Below are positions 32,061-46,136 of a stretch of DNA of 64,000 nt, piece after piece. Numbering within the stretch: position 1 is the stretch's first letter; each line of letters begins with the position of its first letter. The notes below the pieces were generated by a model. The model was not told the DNA's origin. It worked only from the letters and a program-made list of their open reading frames with translations, and did not search any database. The position numbers and the translations under genes were made by a program. The stretch is from Hormiphora californensis (Eukaryota; Animalia; Ctenophora): the NCBI GenBank assembly GCA_020137815.1, contig CM035351.1, forward strand, positions 5,208,001-5,272,000, in the 5' to 3' direction.

Positions 32061-32815
32061 AGGAAAAGGGGGGGGGAAAAAGAAAGGGAGGGGGAAAGAG
32101 AAGGGAGGGGGAAAAAAAAAGGGAGGGGAAAGAAGGAGGGGGAAAAAAGAAGGGGGGGGAAAGAGAAAGGGGGGGGGAAGGAAGGGGGGGGGAAAAGAAA
32201 GGGGGGGGGAAAAAGAAGGGAGGGGAAGAGAAAGGGGAAGGGGGGAAAAAGGGGGAGGGGAAAAGGAAGGGGGGGGGGGGAAAAAGAAGGAGGGGAAAGA
32301 GGGGGGAGGGGAAGAGAAGGGGGGGGGAAGAAAAAGGGAGGGGAAAAAAGAAAAAGGGGAAAAAGAAGGGGGGGGGGAAGGAAGGGGGGGGAAAAAGAAA
32401 TTTTAGAAAAGGGGGGGGAAGAGAAGGGAAGGGGGGAAAGGGAGGGGGGGAAAGAAGGGAGGGGAAGGGAGGGGAAAGGAAGGGAGGGGGAAAGGGAAAA
32501 GGGGAAGGGGGGAAAGGGGGGGGAAGGGAAGGGGGAAAGGGAAAAGGGGAAAAGGGGAAAGGGGGGAAGGAAAGGGGAAAGGGAAAGGGGAAAGGGGGAA
32601 AGGGGGGAAAAGGGGAAGGGGAAAGGGGAAAGGGGAAAGGGGAAAGGGGAAAGGGGAAAGGGGAAAGGGGAAAAGGGGAAAGGGAAAAGGGAAAGGGGAA
32701 AAGGGAAGGGAAGGGAAGGGGGAAGGGAAGGGAAGGGAAGGGAAAGGGAAGGGAAGGGAAGGGAAGGGAAGGGAAGGGAGGGAAAGGGGAGGGGAAGGGG
32801 AAAAGGGGAAGGGAG
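32060..32815. repeat. Polypurine low-complexity tract (a second one at about 34450-35590)
   Basis: Almost only G and A. Generates the G/K/E/R and F/P/S pseudo-ORFs. Confidence 0.85.
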
Positions 32816-32819
32816 GGTA

Positions 32820-34440
32820 CCTTTGGTATTTTGGGGCTCGAACGGGAATGCCCATCGGGCCAAAAAGTCGAGCGTTTCCCCCCGCATTATGGAGGCCGTC
32901 CGCCCCCTGAAAAAGGGGTCCCCATGATCCCACTCAAAACAGGAGTTTTATTGAAGATTTTGGGGGGGGGGTGGGTGCTGGTATGGTCCCGGGAAATGGC
33001 CGTGTGATTTGAACTGTTCCTTTTTGGAGAGTTTTTAATTGTGTGGAAAAAAGTGAATAACGCAAAAAAGTTTGGAGAGAAGGGTTTTCTTCGTTTGACA
33101 GATTGTATTTAGAGTGCCCAATTGGTCGGATGAGGAGACCCACGGTGACAGAAGTGGGGAAGTTGAGCCAAGGGAGTTAGGGATGAGTCCGCCCCATATT
33201 TCATTGATGATGAGGGCCCCTACCGCTCTTTTTCCCCTTGTAGCGAATAGATTTTCAGCTTTCTAGCCTCCCCAATAGTTTAATCACTAACCCTGAGATC
33301 TTAGCGTGAAGAGGCTGCATGTTCGACACTGATATATCAATTTGAAGCAGGGTCCCACATGCCAAAACAGTATTAAAAAGGACCACATGAGTTGATAGAG
33401 GGAGAACATATGACCCCGGGCCCCTTTTGGAGAAAGGGGGGAGAATCCCTTGGGGTTTTCCGGGGGGCTTAGCGCTTTCCCCGGGGGTGAGGCCTGAAGG
33501 TTTGATCGCGTCAATGAAACCCCAGGCTTTTTCAAACCCGTTAGGCAGAGAGATTTCCGGATGGTACGAAGTTAGATTTAGGATCTCCCTTTCCTGCTGC
33601 GGGGTTTGGAAATTTTAGATTCATTGATTTTCCAGGGTTTTTTTGGTCCCCCATCTAACCCCCTTAAAAATTTTTTTTTGTGTGCTGGTGTCGGGTTGGT
33701 CCGGATGTTCTGGGGGCCTTTGAGTCATAAAAGCAAGACTTTCAGCTGGAGTGTGACGACGGAACATTTTTTATATACAGGACAAATAGAAGGGTCCTAG
33801 GAGTACCCGGGGGACCCCATCAGGACCCGGATGGGATCAGACATTTACCGGGGGAGGAGGATCTCTGAATCGGTTAAAAAGAAGTTGGTGATCCAGGGGA
33901 TTGACCTGGAGCCATAGGATGGAGCTTTTTGAGAAGGATTGATATCCACCTTGTCGGCCTTTGAAAAACCAGGTAGAGACATCGGGTTCCATCTCGAACT
34001 TTTTTCATCACATCCCAACTGGTGGGGAGGGGTGAGGCCTTTTCCCTTTTCGGGAAACCCATTTTTTGATCTGGAGGATGTTTCCTGGGCTGTGGTTTAA
34101 ACTAAACCCAGTTTGGTAGAGTTTCCTAAAAGATTTTAACCAGATGAGATGTAAGTGAGAGGCCGAATTTGGGCAGCATCTGCCCGGTTCCCTTTCTGAA
34201 GAGGGCACCACCCCTTGTGCTTGAATAATGAGCTATATCCCCGGGGGAAAGAGGGATTTTCTCCATTACCTATAGAGCATGGGCAGGCGCTACACACCTT
34301 TTTGGATAGTGATGGGAATTATTTGGGCCCGGGGCAGACGAAGAGTCCCTGGGGCTTGAGGCCCGTAGGGTGTCCCTTTATGAAATCAAGTGAAGACGCC
34401 CCCTATCCGGGGGTAGATTTCAGTACCCCGTGTTTGCCAG
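32820..34440 (-). pseudogene. Degraded non-LTR retrotransposon (CR1/L2-like) reverse transcriptase remnant
   Basis: Frameshifted minus-strand remnants of YLDFSKAFDKV (about 33930-33985), GVPQGTVLGPLLFVLYI (about 33770-33825) and FADDSK (about 33715-33740). Confidence 0.6.
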
Positions 34441-37400
34441 ATCAGGGTTGGGGGAAAAAGGGAAGGGAAGGGAAGGGAAAAAGGAAGCGGAAGGGAAGGG
34501 AAGGGGAAGGGAGGGAAGGGAAAGGGGAAAGGGGAAAGGGGGGGAAAAAGGGGAAAGGGAAGGGGGGGGAAGGGAAGGGGGGGAAGGGAAGGGAAGGAAA
34601 AAGGGAAGGGAAGGGAAGGGGGGAAGGGAAAAGGGAGGGGGGAAGGGGAAAGGGAAGGGAAGGGAAGGGAAGGGGAAGGGGGGGGAAGGGAAGGGGAAGG
34701 GAAAGGGAAGGGAAGGGAAGGGAAGGGAAGGGGGAAAGGGGAAAAAGGGAAAGGGAAGGGAAAAGGGGAAAGGGAAAGGGAAAAAAAGGGAAGGGAAGGG
34801 GAAAAGGGAAAGGGGAAGGGAAAAAGGGAAGGAAGGGAAAAAAAAGGGAAGGGGAAGGGAAAGGGAAAGGGGAAGGGGAAAGGGAAAAGGAAAGGGAAGG
34901 GAAAGGGGGGGAAAGGGAAGGGAAGGGGAAAAGGGAAAGGGGGAAAAAAAGGGAAAAGGGAAAGGGGAAAGGGAAGGGAAGGGAAGGGGAAAAGGGAAGG
35001 GAAGGGAAGGGAAGGGGAAGGGGAAAGGGAAGGGGAAGGGAAAGGGGAAAGGGAAGGGAAGGGGGGGGGAAAGGGGAAAGGGGAAAAGGGGAAAGGGGGA
35101 AGGGGGGAAGGGAAGGGGAAAGGGGAAAGGGGAAAGGGGAAAAGGGAAAGGGGAAGGGGAAGGGGAAAAGGGGAAGGGGGAAAGGGGAAGGGGAAAAAGG
35201 GAAAGGGGGAAGGGGAAAGGGGAAAGGGGAAAAGGGAAAGGGGAAGGGAAAGGGAAGGGGAAAAAGGGAAGGGAAGGGAAGGGGAAAAGGGAAAGGGGAA
35301 AAGGGAAAGGGAAAGGGAAAAAAGGGGAAAGGGGAAGGGGAAAGGGGAAAAAGGGAAGAAAGGGAAGGGAAGGGAAGGGAAAGGGAAGGGAAAGGGAAAG
35401 GGAAAAAAAGGGGGAAGGGCAAGGGGGGAAGGGGAAAGGGGAAAGGGAAAGGGGAAAGGGGAAAGGGGAAAGGGGAAGGGAAAAAGGGAGGGAAAAGGGA
35501 AAGGGGAAGGGAAGGGAAGGGGAAGGGGAAAGGGAAGGGGGGGAAAGGGAAGGGGGGGAAGGGAAGGGAAGGGAAGGGAAAGGGGAAAGTGGGTTTTTGG
35601 GGGTAGCTGTCCGATAAAACCCAAAACCTATCATGGAGAATCCCAGATGGGGGGTCAACAGAAAAAAAGTGGCCCTGTCCCATGCCGTGGGTAGTCGAAC
35701 ACCCCTTTGACGGTGGATAACAAAACCTTTCGTAACTCTCGGGGCCCCGGTGGGGGGGACTTTTTAAAAGCCAGGGATCCTAAAATGGGTTTTGGGGGTG
35801 TTTTTGGGAAATTCGTTTTTGGTAGCCCTTTCCCCAAATTTTGCCCTTTCTATAGGGGGACCCTTTGCTGACAAAAAAGGGGGAAGAAATAAAAAAGGAC
35901 CCGTGGTTGAAGTAAAATACCTGAAAAAACCTTTTTTATTACATAAACCCTCCAACCCCAAACCTCTTCCATCAATTGTATAGAAAAATGCAAAGTTAGT
36001 ATGGGCCAGAGCCCATTATCCCCTTTTTTTTCTAAAATTCCCAAATGGGGCTGGGGGCAGAGGAAAACCCAAATCGCTACCATGGGAATGTTTGGCTGAC
36101 TTTTTTTCTTATAAATGAGGGGGAAAATTCAAAAATTTCCCCTTTTCCCAAAAGGGTTTTGGTTTTGGTTTGGGGGGGAAGTCTTTCTTAGGAAAGCAAA
36201 AGCAAAACAAAAAAAAACACCCCTTTTTTTAAAAATGCCACATTTTTTTTAAAAAAAAGTTGGGTAAAATTAAAGTTTGGGGGAATTTGAAAATCGAAAA
36301 AAATTTTCCCCAAAATCTACAAAAAGCGCCCGCGCGCTCCGACCCCCGGGGGAAACGAAAAAAAAAAAAGCCCCCCGCGCACCCCCCATTTTCCCCATAA
36401 AAAGAAGATCGGTTTTTTACAAAAGGGAACAAAATTTTAAAAGCAAAACAGAGTTTTGGGGTAAAATAGCCCCCCTCACTGAGGGGGGCTATTTTTCGCC
36501 GAAAAGTCGTTTGTATTTAAAATTTTTTCACCTTTGAACATCCCGAGGGCTTCTATGCCTGACCAAACTTCGAACCAAGTGGATCAATTTCCGGGAAACA
36601 TCCCCCCCAACACGGTGAAGAATGCTTTAAAATTGGGAAAGGGACGAAGGAAAAAATCGTAGAACCCCTCAAGTGTAAAGGGCAACAAATTTTTTCCATT
36701 TTCTGTATTTTTCCTTTGGGGTTTTGGGAATCAAAATTGGGTTTCTAGGATAAAAAAAAAACGATTTTAAATGCAGGTGGGGATATGAATATTGGGGGAA
36801 ATTTTTCACTGCATTTACCCGAGGGTGTAAATAACAAAAGATAAACTGGTTTTGGGCCTCTCCCAACCCCTCTCTTACCTCTTAAACCCCCGCACCTCAG
36901 ATTTTCTCAACCACACAGCCCCAAACAAATCCACATGCACGCTCAAGCACTCATAATAATATGAGTCATAATATGCAAGCAGGTAATACTCTACGACTCT
37001 ACGTGAATAACTGGTGGTCTTTCCACTGTTTCTCTACAGTGGTATCAGCTTTCCTATCTTCGCCGGGTGGGTTATCAAAAAGCCCTTACTTGAGGCGCAC
37101 CCAATGGGTGCGCTAGTCCGCTATACCAAACAAATCCAACTCAAACTCTTCTTCTCTTTTTCAATTTGTTACCACATCCCATATTGTTGAGGGATTACTC
37201 AACAAATCCTATCTTTCGACGTACATTTTATATGGATAAAATTTCCCAAGAAAGGTGTATGAATAGAATGAAGGGAAGAATCTCTAAAAACCTTCTGGAA
37301 GATTCTGTCGACGGTCCTTTCATAAAAGGAGCTCGAGCTAGCTCCTTTTAAATTAATCTAGCTCCTAGGTCCTAGATCCATTTAAATGTGACAGACCAAT

Positions 37401-38966
37401 TCTTTTAAAGACTTCTGTCACATCTTACTCGGTTTACTCGCTATGACTCAGTATGAGTTAGTCAAAACCTTAAAGAGGAGATGTGCATCCGTTCTTTATT
37501 ACGAGCAAGTTTAAAATTACCGTAAAATTACCTTAAGTAAGCTTCTAGCTGTTAGAGAATTGGCCTGAAAAGTGCAATTTAGCAGATACATTTTGTTAAA
37601 TGGTTTTACCTGGTGGGTTCTTATCGAGAAGGGGGTATAACTTGTCCTTTATCTTATCAGAGTGTCAAATGCCATGTATATAAGAGGAAGAGCTGGCCTG
37701 TAAAGGTATGATTAGTGACAAGTATAATGGGCCTCTTAGAGTCTTAGGGCACGTCCTAACGATCAAACTATTGGTGTTATCAATAGTTGGGGTAGAGAAG
37801 TATATATGGGCTATTATATTGTTCCTACTGAAAAAGAAATATTCAGTGTTTTTGTGAATGATATAGAAGTTAATAAACAATCAAAAACCCACGTCAGACG
37901 TCTGGCAGAATTCAGCAATTTATATAGCACAGCTGAGGCACAAATAGCTGGTACACACAGAGGGAGGGAGAGAGAGAGAGGGAGGGAGAGAGATTGAGGA
38001 TTGAGGAAGGGAGATTGAGGATTGAGGAAGGAAGAGAGGAAAAGAGAGAGATCCCCTCGAGGGAGGGAGTTATAGTCAGTAGATGAAAAATAGTCATGCA
38101 TATACCCATGAATCCTGATAGATGCAGGGGAAGGAAGAGATGGAAAGTGATAGAGAGAGAGTTGTGACAAGCTGCTATATTTCCACTGGACGATCAATAT
38201 CAGATTTATTTTCTCCTAAAATTCCCACGGTTAATCACAACACATTCTCTCCCCTCAAGCGAGAGAGTGATATAGCTGCACCGTGTTAGTATAATACACA
38301 GTCGACTGAAAATGCAGCATCTTGTAGATTAGAAATCAAAATGGAAGCAATGCAATACTGAGAGAAATGCAGGGGCCGTACAGAGCAGTGCTGCTCTCTC
38401 GAACAATCTTCTAGAAAGGTAAGTGGTGAAAGGCCTAGGATGTGTGTGCAGTTAGATGAAGGGGCCCAGGTGGCCAAATTACAAACGTTTGGGGCATTAT
38501 TCGTATTGTGTACAATTATGCCACCACTTTCACAACTTGTTGTAATTTAATTTCTTTTTCTCTTTTTGAAACTATTTTTTTCTGAACTATTTAGCCGTCT
38601 TGTTAGACTAACTATCTTTTTATGGTACGAACTGTTGCAGTAACCATTTAACTATGTTAAGCTGCAGGGGGCACCATTAAGCTATTTTGGATAAATGCTC
38701 TCCGGAAATAACAATGTCCCTTTCAAATATGGGTTAATTACAAGTGCAAGAGGGTGGGTGGTAGGGGTTGGAGATATATATGAACATTGAACACACAGCT
38801 ATGATATACATAATAGCAGCGATGTATCAAGAGCTAACTGTACCTAATTTAATGTCACCCTCTCTCTAATTCTAAATCAGCTAACTATAGTCTATACTTC
38901 CAATGTGAGTAGTCGATTCACACGAGAGAGCTCAATCGATTTTTTGTAGTCTATACTTCCTAATTT

Positions 38967-40373
38967 TCACCCTTCCTGAATTTCATTGAGTGTCGGTGGA
39001 GTCCCAACTGCTCCTCCATTCTCCCCCACACTGCAACCCCCTCCCCTAGGGCTATAAATCTGCCTCGCCGAAAAAGAGTGCCGTCTTCTGATGGGATCTT
39101 GCATGTCATCCATGTTAAGATGACTGCAGCAGAGCGGTGAAATGGCTGGTTCGGAACCCCGGGCCTCACTGTTCAGAGTCCTGTTATACGACTTGATGTG
39201 TCTCAGGGAGTTGCTGAAGTTGCTCATATTGTTCATTCTGATCGCATCCAGATCCACGACGAAAGAGTTCCTTCCCGCCCCTCCCGCACTGTGGTTACTG
39301 CTTGACACGTTCATTTTAGGGGTCCCTTGGATGGACCTCATGGACATAAAGGATCTCTTCAGCCGGGAGTATCGTTCCCGTAGGATGAGGCTTAGGAACA
39401 TCTGCTTGTACACACACCGGAACTGGCTATTAAACCACCCGTAAAGAATGGGGTTGAACGCACTATTTGAGAGGAGCAACCATATCACTGTCCTGCTCAT
39501 CCTCTCTGAGAAGGGTATCTGAGCCTCACACCAAAATATCAAAGCAACAATAAAGGTAGGCAACACACAAGCAAGCACAAAAACAATTAAAATCAGCGTT
39601 ATCTTGGCAGTCCGTAAGTTTCTCTGTTTCAGAGCATATGGTACGGAGAATCGTCTGATGGGCCCATCGTGTCTATCGTCCGACACCTGAATATTCCGGC
39701 AGGATATTGGTTTCGGGCCGATTGTGCTGGTGAAGATAAGGAGGTAGGAGATACATATCATACCAATTGGAACAGGAAATGATACCACCACGTAAAAGAG
39801 GAAGTAGTACTTGTGAAAGTTATCGAATCCCTGCATGGACTGCATGGCACAGGACATGCTGTGGGATGAGAAGCCATAGCCGCTCCATCCAAAAAGTGGG
39901 GGTAACGCACACACCAGGGAGATAGTCCAGCATATTAGAACAATTATCTTGGCTTTTATCTTGGTCATCCTGTTCCTGTAGCTCACCGGGGATTGCACCA
40001 AACAGAGCCGATCCAGGGCTGTGAATCCCAGCGTCCACATGGAGGCAGTGATCATGAGAGAGTCAATCAGTGCAGCCAGCTTGCAGATGGCACTCCCGAA
40101 TATCCAAGTTCTATGGTAGACGGTCAGGGCAACTATAGGAACAGTAAAGAAGCCCACACCGAGGTCACTGAGACCAAGTGACATGATGAAGATGTTACTG
40201 GCAGTCTGGAGGGAAGTGTCAAGGTGGATAGCCAGGAATTGGACGGTGTTCCCTGTGACGGTGAGGAGGGAGAGGAAGATAAGGAAACTCAACATGATAT
40301 CCTTCTCCTCGTTATCATAGGATAGTATCACGGCGCTTGTAGAGTTCATATCAGCTTCAATATTGGGCTGCAT
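38967..40373 (-). CDS. Intronless class A orphan GPCR, paralog of the 20766-23942 gene
   Basis: 7TM ORF with GN, SNIFIMSLGLSD, DRL, LPPLFGW, NLRTAKI and NSAFNPILY. First ATG at 40373 (the track starts at an upstream TTG). Confidence 0.92.
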   Translation of the reverse strand: MQPNIEADMNSTSAVILSYDNEEKDIMLSFLIFLSLLTVTGNTVQFLAIHLDTSLQTASNIFIMSLGLSDLGVGFFTVPIVALTVYHRTWIFGSAICKLAALIDSLMITASMWTLGFTALDRLCLVQSPVSYRNRMTKIKAKIIVLICWTISLVCALPPLFGWSGYGFSSHSMSCAMQSMQGFDNFHKYYFLFYVVVSFPVPIGMICISYLLIFTSTIGPKPISCRNIQVSDDRHDGPIRRFSVPYALKQRNLRTAKITLILIVFVLACVLPTFIVALIFWCEAQIPFSERMSRTVIWLLLSNSAFNPILYGWFNSQFRCVYKQMFLSLILRERYSRLKRSFMSMRSIQGTPKMNVSSSNHSAGGAGRNSFVVDLDAIRMNNMSNFSNSLRHIKSYNRTLNSEARGSEPAISPLCCSHLNMDDMQDPIRRRHSFSARQIYSPRGGGCSVGENGGAVGTPPTLNEIQEG

Positions 40374-41158
40374 TGATCGATTTAGTTTCAGAGATAATTT
40401 ACTGAGATGACAAATGGTCAAAGTTCAAGCGGGCCTTAAAAATCTTGTCATTTCATTTATCGTCTAGGCGTCTAGCTTATCAAATGCAGTAATGAGAGAA
40501 ATTAAAGACTTCAATAGTTTCTAGATTGTGACATTTCAACATGTCACTCTGAACTCTCGTCAAAAAATCATAAAGAACAGTTTATCAAGAAATTGAGCTA
40601 AGCAGCTAAAAAGTGGGATATTTAAACAAGATGAGATAACCTGATAAGTAGAAACATTTCTTCGTTGGATTGTCTTCAAATATAGCTACCAAGACAAACG
40701 GTTAAATTTTTGCGTTTCTTGACGTGAGAGACAATCAGATATTTCTGAAAGATTCTCTTTCTCATCGTCACATACGTCTTAAAATATATACTAAATATTT
40801 TGTTTGATAAATGTGTCTCGCCGCTGGCTCGCCGGTTCCCGTCACAGTTTATGGTTATAGGCTCCAAGTTACATACAAGGGAGATCCCAGGGTAGCCGCC
40901 AGATAGAGATCTAGAGATACCAGAGAGATAGTACTAAAGTGATAACTGTGATATAGAGAGTGATACTAGAGAGATAGTACTAAGGTGATAACTGATATAG
41001 AGAGTGATACTAGAGAGATATCATGTTCGATGATGCTCGAACAATTTCGAGACACAGAGGAAGGATGACAACTGAAATTAACCCATGCCGCGAGGTAACG
41101 CAGACACGCAACGAATGTGTCAAGCTCTCTTCCTGTGAATTGTGAATCGTACTTTCTC

Positions 41159-41219
<61 letters not shown>

Positions 41220-42277
41220 TTCTCCATTCTCTCACTGTCAATCTTGCTGTCTCGCTCAGCCCCATTTGACCATTTCTCAGCATGATCATGATGATAACTG
41301 ACACAAAGGTATCATGATAGTTAATAGATGCCTTTTCGAGCTAATCGACCTCGCTACCCCACCTTTTGCAGAATAATAACGCATATATAACCGGTTGTAA
41401 AATGGTTTTTAAATGCTTGAATATGGATAAATTGAGTTTATACATCGAGTGCTACTTCATGGAATATAACAATCATAACATCATAACAATTGAATGATGG
41501 AAGGACACAAAAAGCAAAGAAAGAGCAAAAAACATTTTGAATTGTTTTAAAATACAGGGTACCTGTTTGAGAAACTCTCGAAGAAGAAGAAGAGCGCTGA
41601 CGTATGAGGTACCGCGTAAGACAGGTAACGCGATGTTGTGGAGGATCACACAGAGAGAAAAAGATGCTGCACAGATAAGAACTGCGGACGGGGCCGACAA
41701 CACTTGTACAAGAAGAAGAGGCAGTCGTGGTTAGCCAATCAAATGTGTAAAGAGTGTCTTAGTAACAAATCTCCAAAAACAAAGAGGGGAGGACAAGACA
41801 AGAGGGGGAGGGGAAGAGAGAGAAGCAGATTCCAGAATAAATAGGAACCGATAGCTAATAGTCTTTTACGCAATATTAATGTAAAATAAACTATGCATAG
41901 TTATGGAATAGTGAATATATTCAAGCCGTTATGTTCAGCATCTAGTAAGTGTAAAGAATACTTGCTGTTACTCAAAAAAAAGAATACTGCAAGGTTGAAC
42001 AACCACTATGGCTCTTGGAACTATGGCTCATATAGAATCTATAATGCGCTTTGGAATTCCATATCAATATGGTAAAGCTATGCAAGTTTTGTTGGGTTTT
42101 TTACATAGTGTCTTAGAGCAGGAATAGTTTATCAGTAACTGAGTATTGAACTGGTCGTGGTAAAATATCACTTTCTATCGTTTCCATCAAATTTGTGTGA
42201 CAACTTCCCTCTCGGACAATTATTATATGCTTTATAAATAAATATATGCAGCAATGGAGACAGGTTCCCTCAGAGAA

Positions 42278-42359
<82 letters not shown>

Positions 42360-42535
42360 AGAGAGAGAGAGAGAGATAGAAAGAGAGAAAGGTAGAGAGA
42401 TGTCAGATGGATACCAGGGAAGGAACTCCTATTAATCTGTCAAGCTTTATAATAAGTACTGGGTACCATCTCAACAGCTCCTAAGTTATAATGGCCCCTT
42501 TGGATTACGTAGTTTGCACAACACTCAGGAAAGTC

Positions 42536-42558
42536 CTATCAGAGCATTGGCCTGACAG
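42536..42558. mobile_element. 23-bp solo unit of the CTGTCAG...CTGACAG family with near-perfect 8-bp TSD
   Basis: GGAAAGTC|CTATCAGAGCATTGGCCTGACAG|GGAAAGTA. Confidence 0.65.
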
Positions 42559-45500
42559 GGAAAGTATTGAGTGTTATTGGAACTCCTGAAAGTCTGGCCG
42601 TTACAATTTTGTGCTCAGATCGGGGATGCGGCACCAGACATGGATAGTGGATACTGACAGATCCAGAGTGCCATAATGTTCGCGTTATTAGTTGTTGAGT
42701 AATGGGTGACCCCTTACTCAACAAGTGGTTAGGGGAGTGAGTCGATTTGTTCTAAATCAAAAATATGGGAAAATTTCCTCAGGTTACTGGTTAATTCTAT
42801 TACTTTTAGACATGCGAAGTAGATTGAAGTACCCATTATAGAGCTACTGGCTACTACTACAATATACAGGAGGTTGTTGAGTAAGGGCTGAGCTGGGAAA
42901 TCTCTGCTATACTAGGGGGTCAATGGAACTACTCCGCTATACTAGGGGGCCAATAGCACTACTCTGCTATACTAGGGGGTCAATAGCACTACAGCAGCTG
43001 CAGCAGTATTGGTGGTCAGTGTAAAATTTAGGACAACAACTGGTGTGCCACCTATAACCGGAATGGGCCTTGAAGAATAGTAGAGAGAGAGAGGGAGGGG
43101 GGTGAAGGAGAGTAGCGAGAGGTTGAAGGAGAGAGAGAGGGTTTGAGGGGGGGGGGGGAGGAAGAATGAGAGAGAGAGAGAGGGCAGAGTTGTAGAGGGA
43201 GAGAGATAGCGAGAGATAAACAAGGGGTTTAGGGCAACATGTTAAGGGTTGAACGGTACGAACAGAGCTGTCGATATATACAACAGAAATGTAAATCACA
43301 TTAAGAGTGTGCACAGTGAGATGGTTACTAAGGGTCTCCATGGAGCTAGTAGTTAGAGGCACCCCCTCCTGGGGTAGTGGAGCACTATTTGCGCTTCTAG
43401 TTGTACAAGGGGTATGAGATTTAGGTGAACATAGGAGGAAAATATGGGTATTGTACACTATTTGGCCTGGCTAGTAGATTTTACCGAATGGGAGTATGGG
43501 GAGAGGTGGGGGTGAACAAAGAAAAGGAAAAATAATCCAATTATTGATCAACGAAATTGCAACAAAATAACGGAAAGACAATCATGTGGACGTTTTTAAT
43601 AAGTGCAGAACACTTATTGTGAGACGGACTCGGTGGATCTTGAAGTTGTGAAATAATTGTAACAGTTCTGTTGATGTAGGTTTTCTTGTTTCTATCTTCT
43701 TCTTGTTCTTTTATTCACTTTAGTGGGATGATGTATCGTTTTGTACTCAATTAAGTTATATGGGAGATGGGGGGGGAAGAGATAAGTAGAGAGAACAATC
43801 ACAATTGCACCCCATGCCCTACCCCCAGGGGCCGAGAGTGTTTATCAGAAGGAAATGGAAAAGAGTTAAGGAAGTAATGAATCAATCAATGAAAAATCAA
43901 GTTTTTAATAGTTGCAGATTACAAGTATTGTGATAAGAAACAGGAAGAGCAGTAGCGATACAAGTGGTGAAATGAAATTGATCAAACAGTCTCTGTTCGA
44001 TAGATCTACCTCTCGTATCTCATATCCTTCTTCCCTCTTTGCAACTCAACTTTCACGTGGGAAGATGATCGTTGGTGACCCACAAAGAGAGAGATAGATA
44101 TGGAGAGGGAGAGAGAGAGGGAGGGAGAGAAAGAGAGAAAAGATAGAGAGAGAAACAATCACAATTGCACCACCAATGCCTACTCTCCTGCAGGGGGCCC
44201 TGAGAGACTCTGAGAGAGGGAAAGGAGATGAAAGAGTTTTAGTGAGATTGATAGATAAAGTACAAAAACGAGTGAGAGTTATGTTAGAGTTAAAGGGAGA
44301 GTGATAAAGAAACAAAGAGAGAGTGAGATAGAGAACAAGGTAGTTAAAGGTAAGAGTGAAGGACCAGAACGACGTTTAATATATTTTGTTAGCAATCAAT
44401 GGAGGAAGAGCACTCTTTCCCTACACAATCAGCTTATTGTTTTGAAATACCTGCACTTTTTAGACCCCCCGTGGCGCTCTCACAATATCCGAGATACATG
44501 ACGAAATGATGATAAGAGTCAGAAATCAGGACTTGTACAATTCAATTGAATCAACTGCATTAGTGAAACAGATAACGTAACACGCGGAACCTCGTTAATG
44601 ATCAAACCACCCCTCAGGGCATTTCAAATCGCGCGCACTGTGTGATCCTACACAGACCGTGGGAAAATTATTTGGCCACCGCCGCTGTTCTCAAAACCGG
44701 TGCGCTCAGATCGGGTCGGTGCCACCAGACAGGCAACATCTGGCTGAGCTTGAGGTGTAACTGTCATGTTAGGGTAATTGGTGGTGATCATGCCCTCTCA
44801 CCCCTCAAGAAAGAAAGGAGGGCGCTAAATGGAATTGTGCCGGTGCATCTGTCAGAGCATTGGCCTGGCCCTATTATCATTCTCCTGGCAGATCTAGATC
44901 TGTTGATCAGCTGCAAAAAAAGATATAAATAGACCACAGTGGGGCGGGTGAAGAAGGGGTGAGATCTATTAACTTGACAATGATACAAGATCTATAATTA
45001 GCTTGACAATGATACCCTTGTCTGTTGTGTCACTGTGTCAGATATTCTGCTGAGATACGACAGAGCTCTGCCCCGCCCAATCTTTATCAGCAAGAGAGTT
45101 GTTGAGTAAGGGGTGATTAACAAGACGTAGAAAGGATGATATTACAGATAGATAATATCTTATCCTCTCTCTACTCTCTCTCTCTCTCTCTCTCTACGTG
45201 TTGAGGAGTGGATCTCACGGCTAATATTATTAGGCCAAAGAGGAAGATCAACAATCCTGTGGAGCAGAGTTTTACTGATCTAAGGAACAAATAAAAGCAT
45301 ATTGCACATTAATTGCATTTTACTACATCCTTTTACCAGCTCTAGCCCTCCATTACGGAGCCTTATATTACTCAATACTCAGTGAGAACTGAGAGAGCAT
45401 TAGCAAATGGTTGGCTAAACTGCTCGTACCCTGGCGCCACGGACTGGTCCCCCTTCCCCCGTTTTGAATTCTTTAGCGGGCCCTATTTGATGAATTCAAA

Positions 45501-46136
45501 AATGTGGAATGCACCGTCTAGTTTTGGTTGGGCCCGGCTCCGTTTTGAACAATTGGGCACAGGGACCTGCTCAGTGTGTACAGCACCAGATACTACCAGT
45601 TTCTCAAACGACAAAGATAGAGAGCTACGGTGTCATATATGGTTGGCTGTGTGAACTGTGAGTACCGGAGATATAAATAGTGAGGTCACTCATTGTCTAT
45701 CACGTCTCTCCGTCCCGTTTTGACGAAATTTATCGGAATGATCACGTACTGCAGCAGGGGCTAAACCACTTAAACAAATAATTCAGGATGTTCGCGTTAT
45801 GATTGACCTCACTACTTGTATACTTTTGAATATTACAGCGGTTTAAATTTTTGCAAAGATTAAAAAATGATACAAAATCAAGTAACCCATACTGCACAAA
45901 ATCTTTCAGGCGTACCCTTGATCATCGAAAATACTTTCAAAACACAGCTAGGTTCGGATTACGTGGTCCCCATTTTTTCTCCGAGAAATGAAAGAACGAG
46001 TACAAACAAAAAACAAATTCCACTGCAACTGTCATTATTGCTGTCAGAGCATTGGCCCTATTCTCTTTGAGAACTGCGGTCAGAGCATTGGTCTGACAGC
46101 ATTATAATTGTTTATAACAACAGTTCACCTCCCGCC

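Noticed and set aside
32024-35683. Long G/K/E/R-rich and F/P/S-rich ORFs
   Set aside because: Polypurine low-complexity tracts lack stop codons by composition.
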